Shown here: one piece after another, positions 63,687 through 64,000 of the stretch
Layout of the letters: the number at the start of each line of letters is the position of its first letter
How positions within the stretch are numbered: position 1 is the stretch's first letter
Assembly (NCBI GenBank): GCA_045560295.1
Contig: JBJKZL010000004.1
Coordinates: 196,566-260,565 of the forward strand
Origin: Fidelibacterota bacterium
Lineage (GTDB): Bacteria; Fidelibacterota; Marinisomatia; Marinisomatales; Marinisomataceae
Direction: 5' to 3'
DNA: 64,000 nucleotides
The notes under the pieces: generated by a model
Database searches by the model: none
What the model saw: the letters and a program-made list of their open reading frames with translations, nothing else
What the model was told of the DNA's origin: nothing
Made by a program: the position numbers and the translations under genes

Positions 63687-64000
63687 TGAAAGACGAAAAA
63701 CGAAAAAAATTAGAAGATAATACAAGAAATTTACTAGAGCTTTTAGGAGAAGATCCTAAGAGAGAAGGATTAATTAATACTCCAAAACGAGTAGCAAAAG
63801 CATGGGATTTTTTAACAAAAGGATACAATGAGAATCTTGATGATTTAATCAATAATGCAATTTTTGAAGGTGAATCTAAAGATATGGTTATTGTTAAGAA
63901 TATTGAATTCTATAGTCTTTGCGAACATCATATGATTCCGTTCTATGGAAAAGCTCACATAGGGTATATCCCAAATGGTAAAATTATAGGATTATCAAAA
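63686..64000 (+). CDS. folE: GTP cyclohydrolase I, N-terminal 105 codons (runs off the window)
   Basis: Not in the ORF track. ATG at 63686 overlaps the yhhQ TGA (ATGA). It reads [40 protein letters not shown]...[31 protein letters not shown]. Confidence 0.9.
   Translation, partial: MKDEKRKKLEDNTRNLLELLGEDPKREGLINTPKRVAKAWDFLTKGYNENLDDLINNAIFEGESKDMVIVKNIEFYSLCEHHMIPFYGKAHIGYIPNGKIIGLSK

Noticed and set aside
1-64000. CRISPR arrays, IS elements, rRNA operons, tandem repeats
   Set aside because: Scanning all spacers longer than 50 nt and the ORF track showed no regularly spaced direct repeats, no transposase-like ORFs and no rRNA-like sequence.

Overview
AT-rich (about one-third G+C by eye), very tightly packed 64-kb chromosomal segment. 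I call about 70 protein-coding genes and 5 tRNA genes. I see no rRNA, CRISPR array, transposase, integrase or obvious prophage. The gene content points to a streamlined member of the FCB/Bacteroidota-like lineage: a T9SS SprA translocon, an LDH-like malate dehydrogenase, KorAB, and small families typical of that group (taxonomy is inference). Most of the window is housekeeping. It holds rng-rplU-rpmA-mdh and several TCA/anaplerotic enzymes (mdh, korAB, fumC, gltA). It holds acyl-CoA catabolism genes (gcdH, a methylmalonyl-CoA mutase catalytic subunit, and etfBA plus a membrane Fe-S oxidoreductase) and a nine-gene suf Fe-S assembly operon. Envelope genes include sprA, PBP1A, lptF/G, lgt, an msbA-like ABC exporter and yidD. 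There is also a metal/redox cluster (NicO, ZupT, GPx, TlpA, Grx4), DNA repair genes (xth, nth) and queD-yhhQ-folE at the right edge. Two genes absent from the ORF track because they run off the window are added: a NodT-type outer-membrane lipoprotein (1..504, minus) and folE (63686..64000, plus). I found no clear-cut novel multi-gene system. The points most worth a second look are as follows. (1) Reading-frame lesions cluster at 20.1-21.9 kb (half-length GT9-like gene, double-frameshifted LbH gene, decayed Cys-rich ORF), and sufD is broken at 28.5 kb. (2) A terminator-delimited block downstream of tRNA-His/Pro encodes exonuclease, AlkB-type hydroxylase, a Cys4-module::aldo-keto reductase fusion and a Cas4-like nuclease. 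(3) sprA is directly followed by a glutaminyl-cyclase-like lipoprotein, and six secreted proteins in the window have Gln at the predicted mature N-terminus. (4) One secreted protein resembles eukaryotic RMDN/FAM82 proteins. (5) The endonuclease III lacks the 4Fe-4S cysteine ligands. All family assignments come from motif recognition by eye and need HMM/BLAST confirmation.
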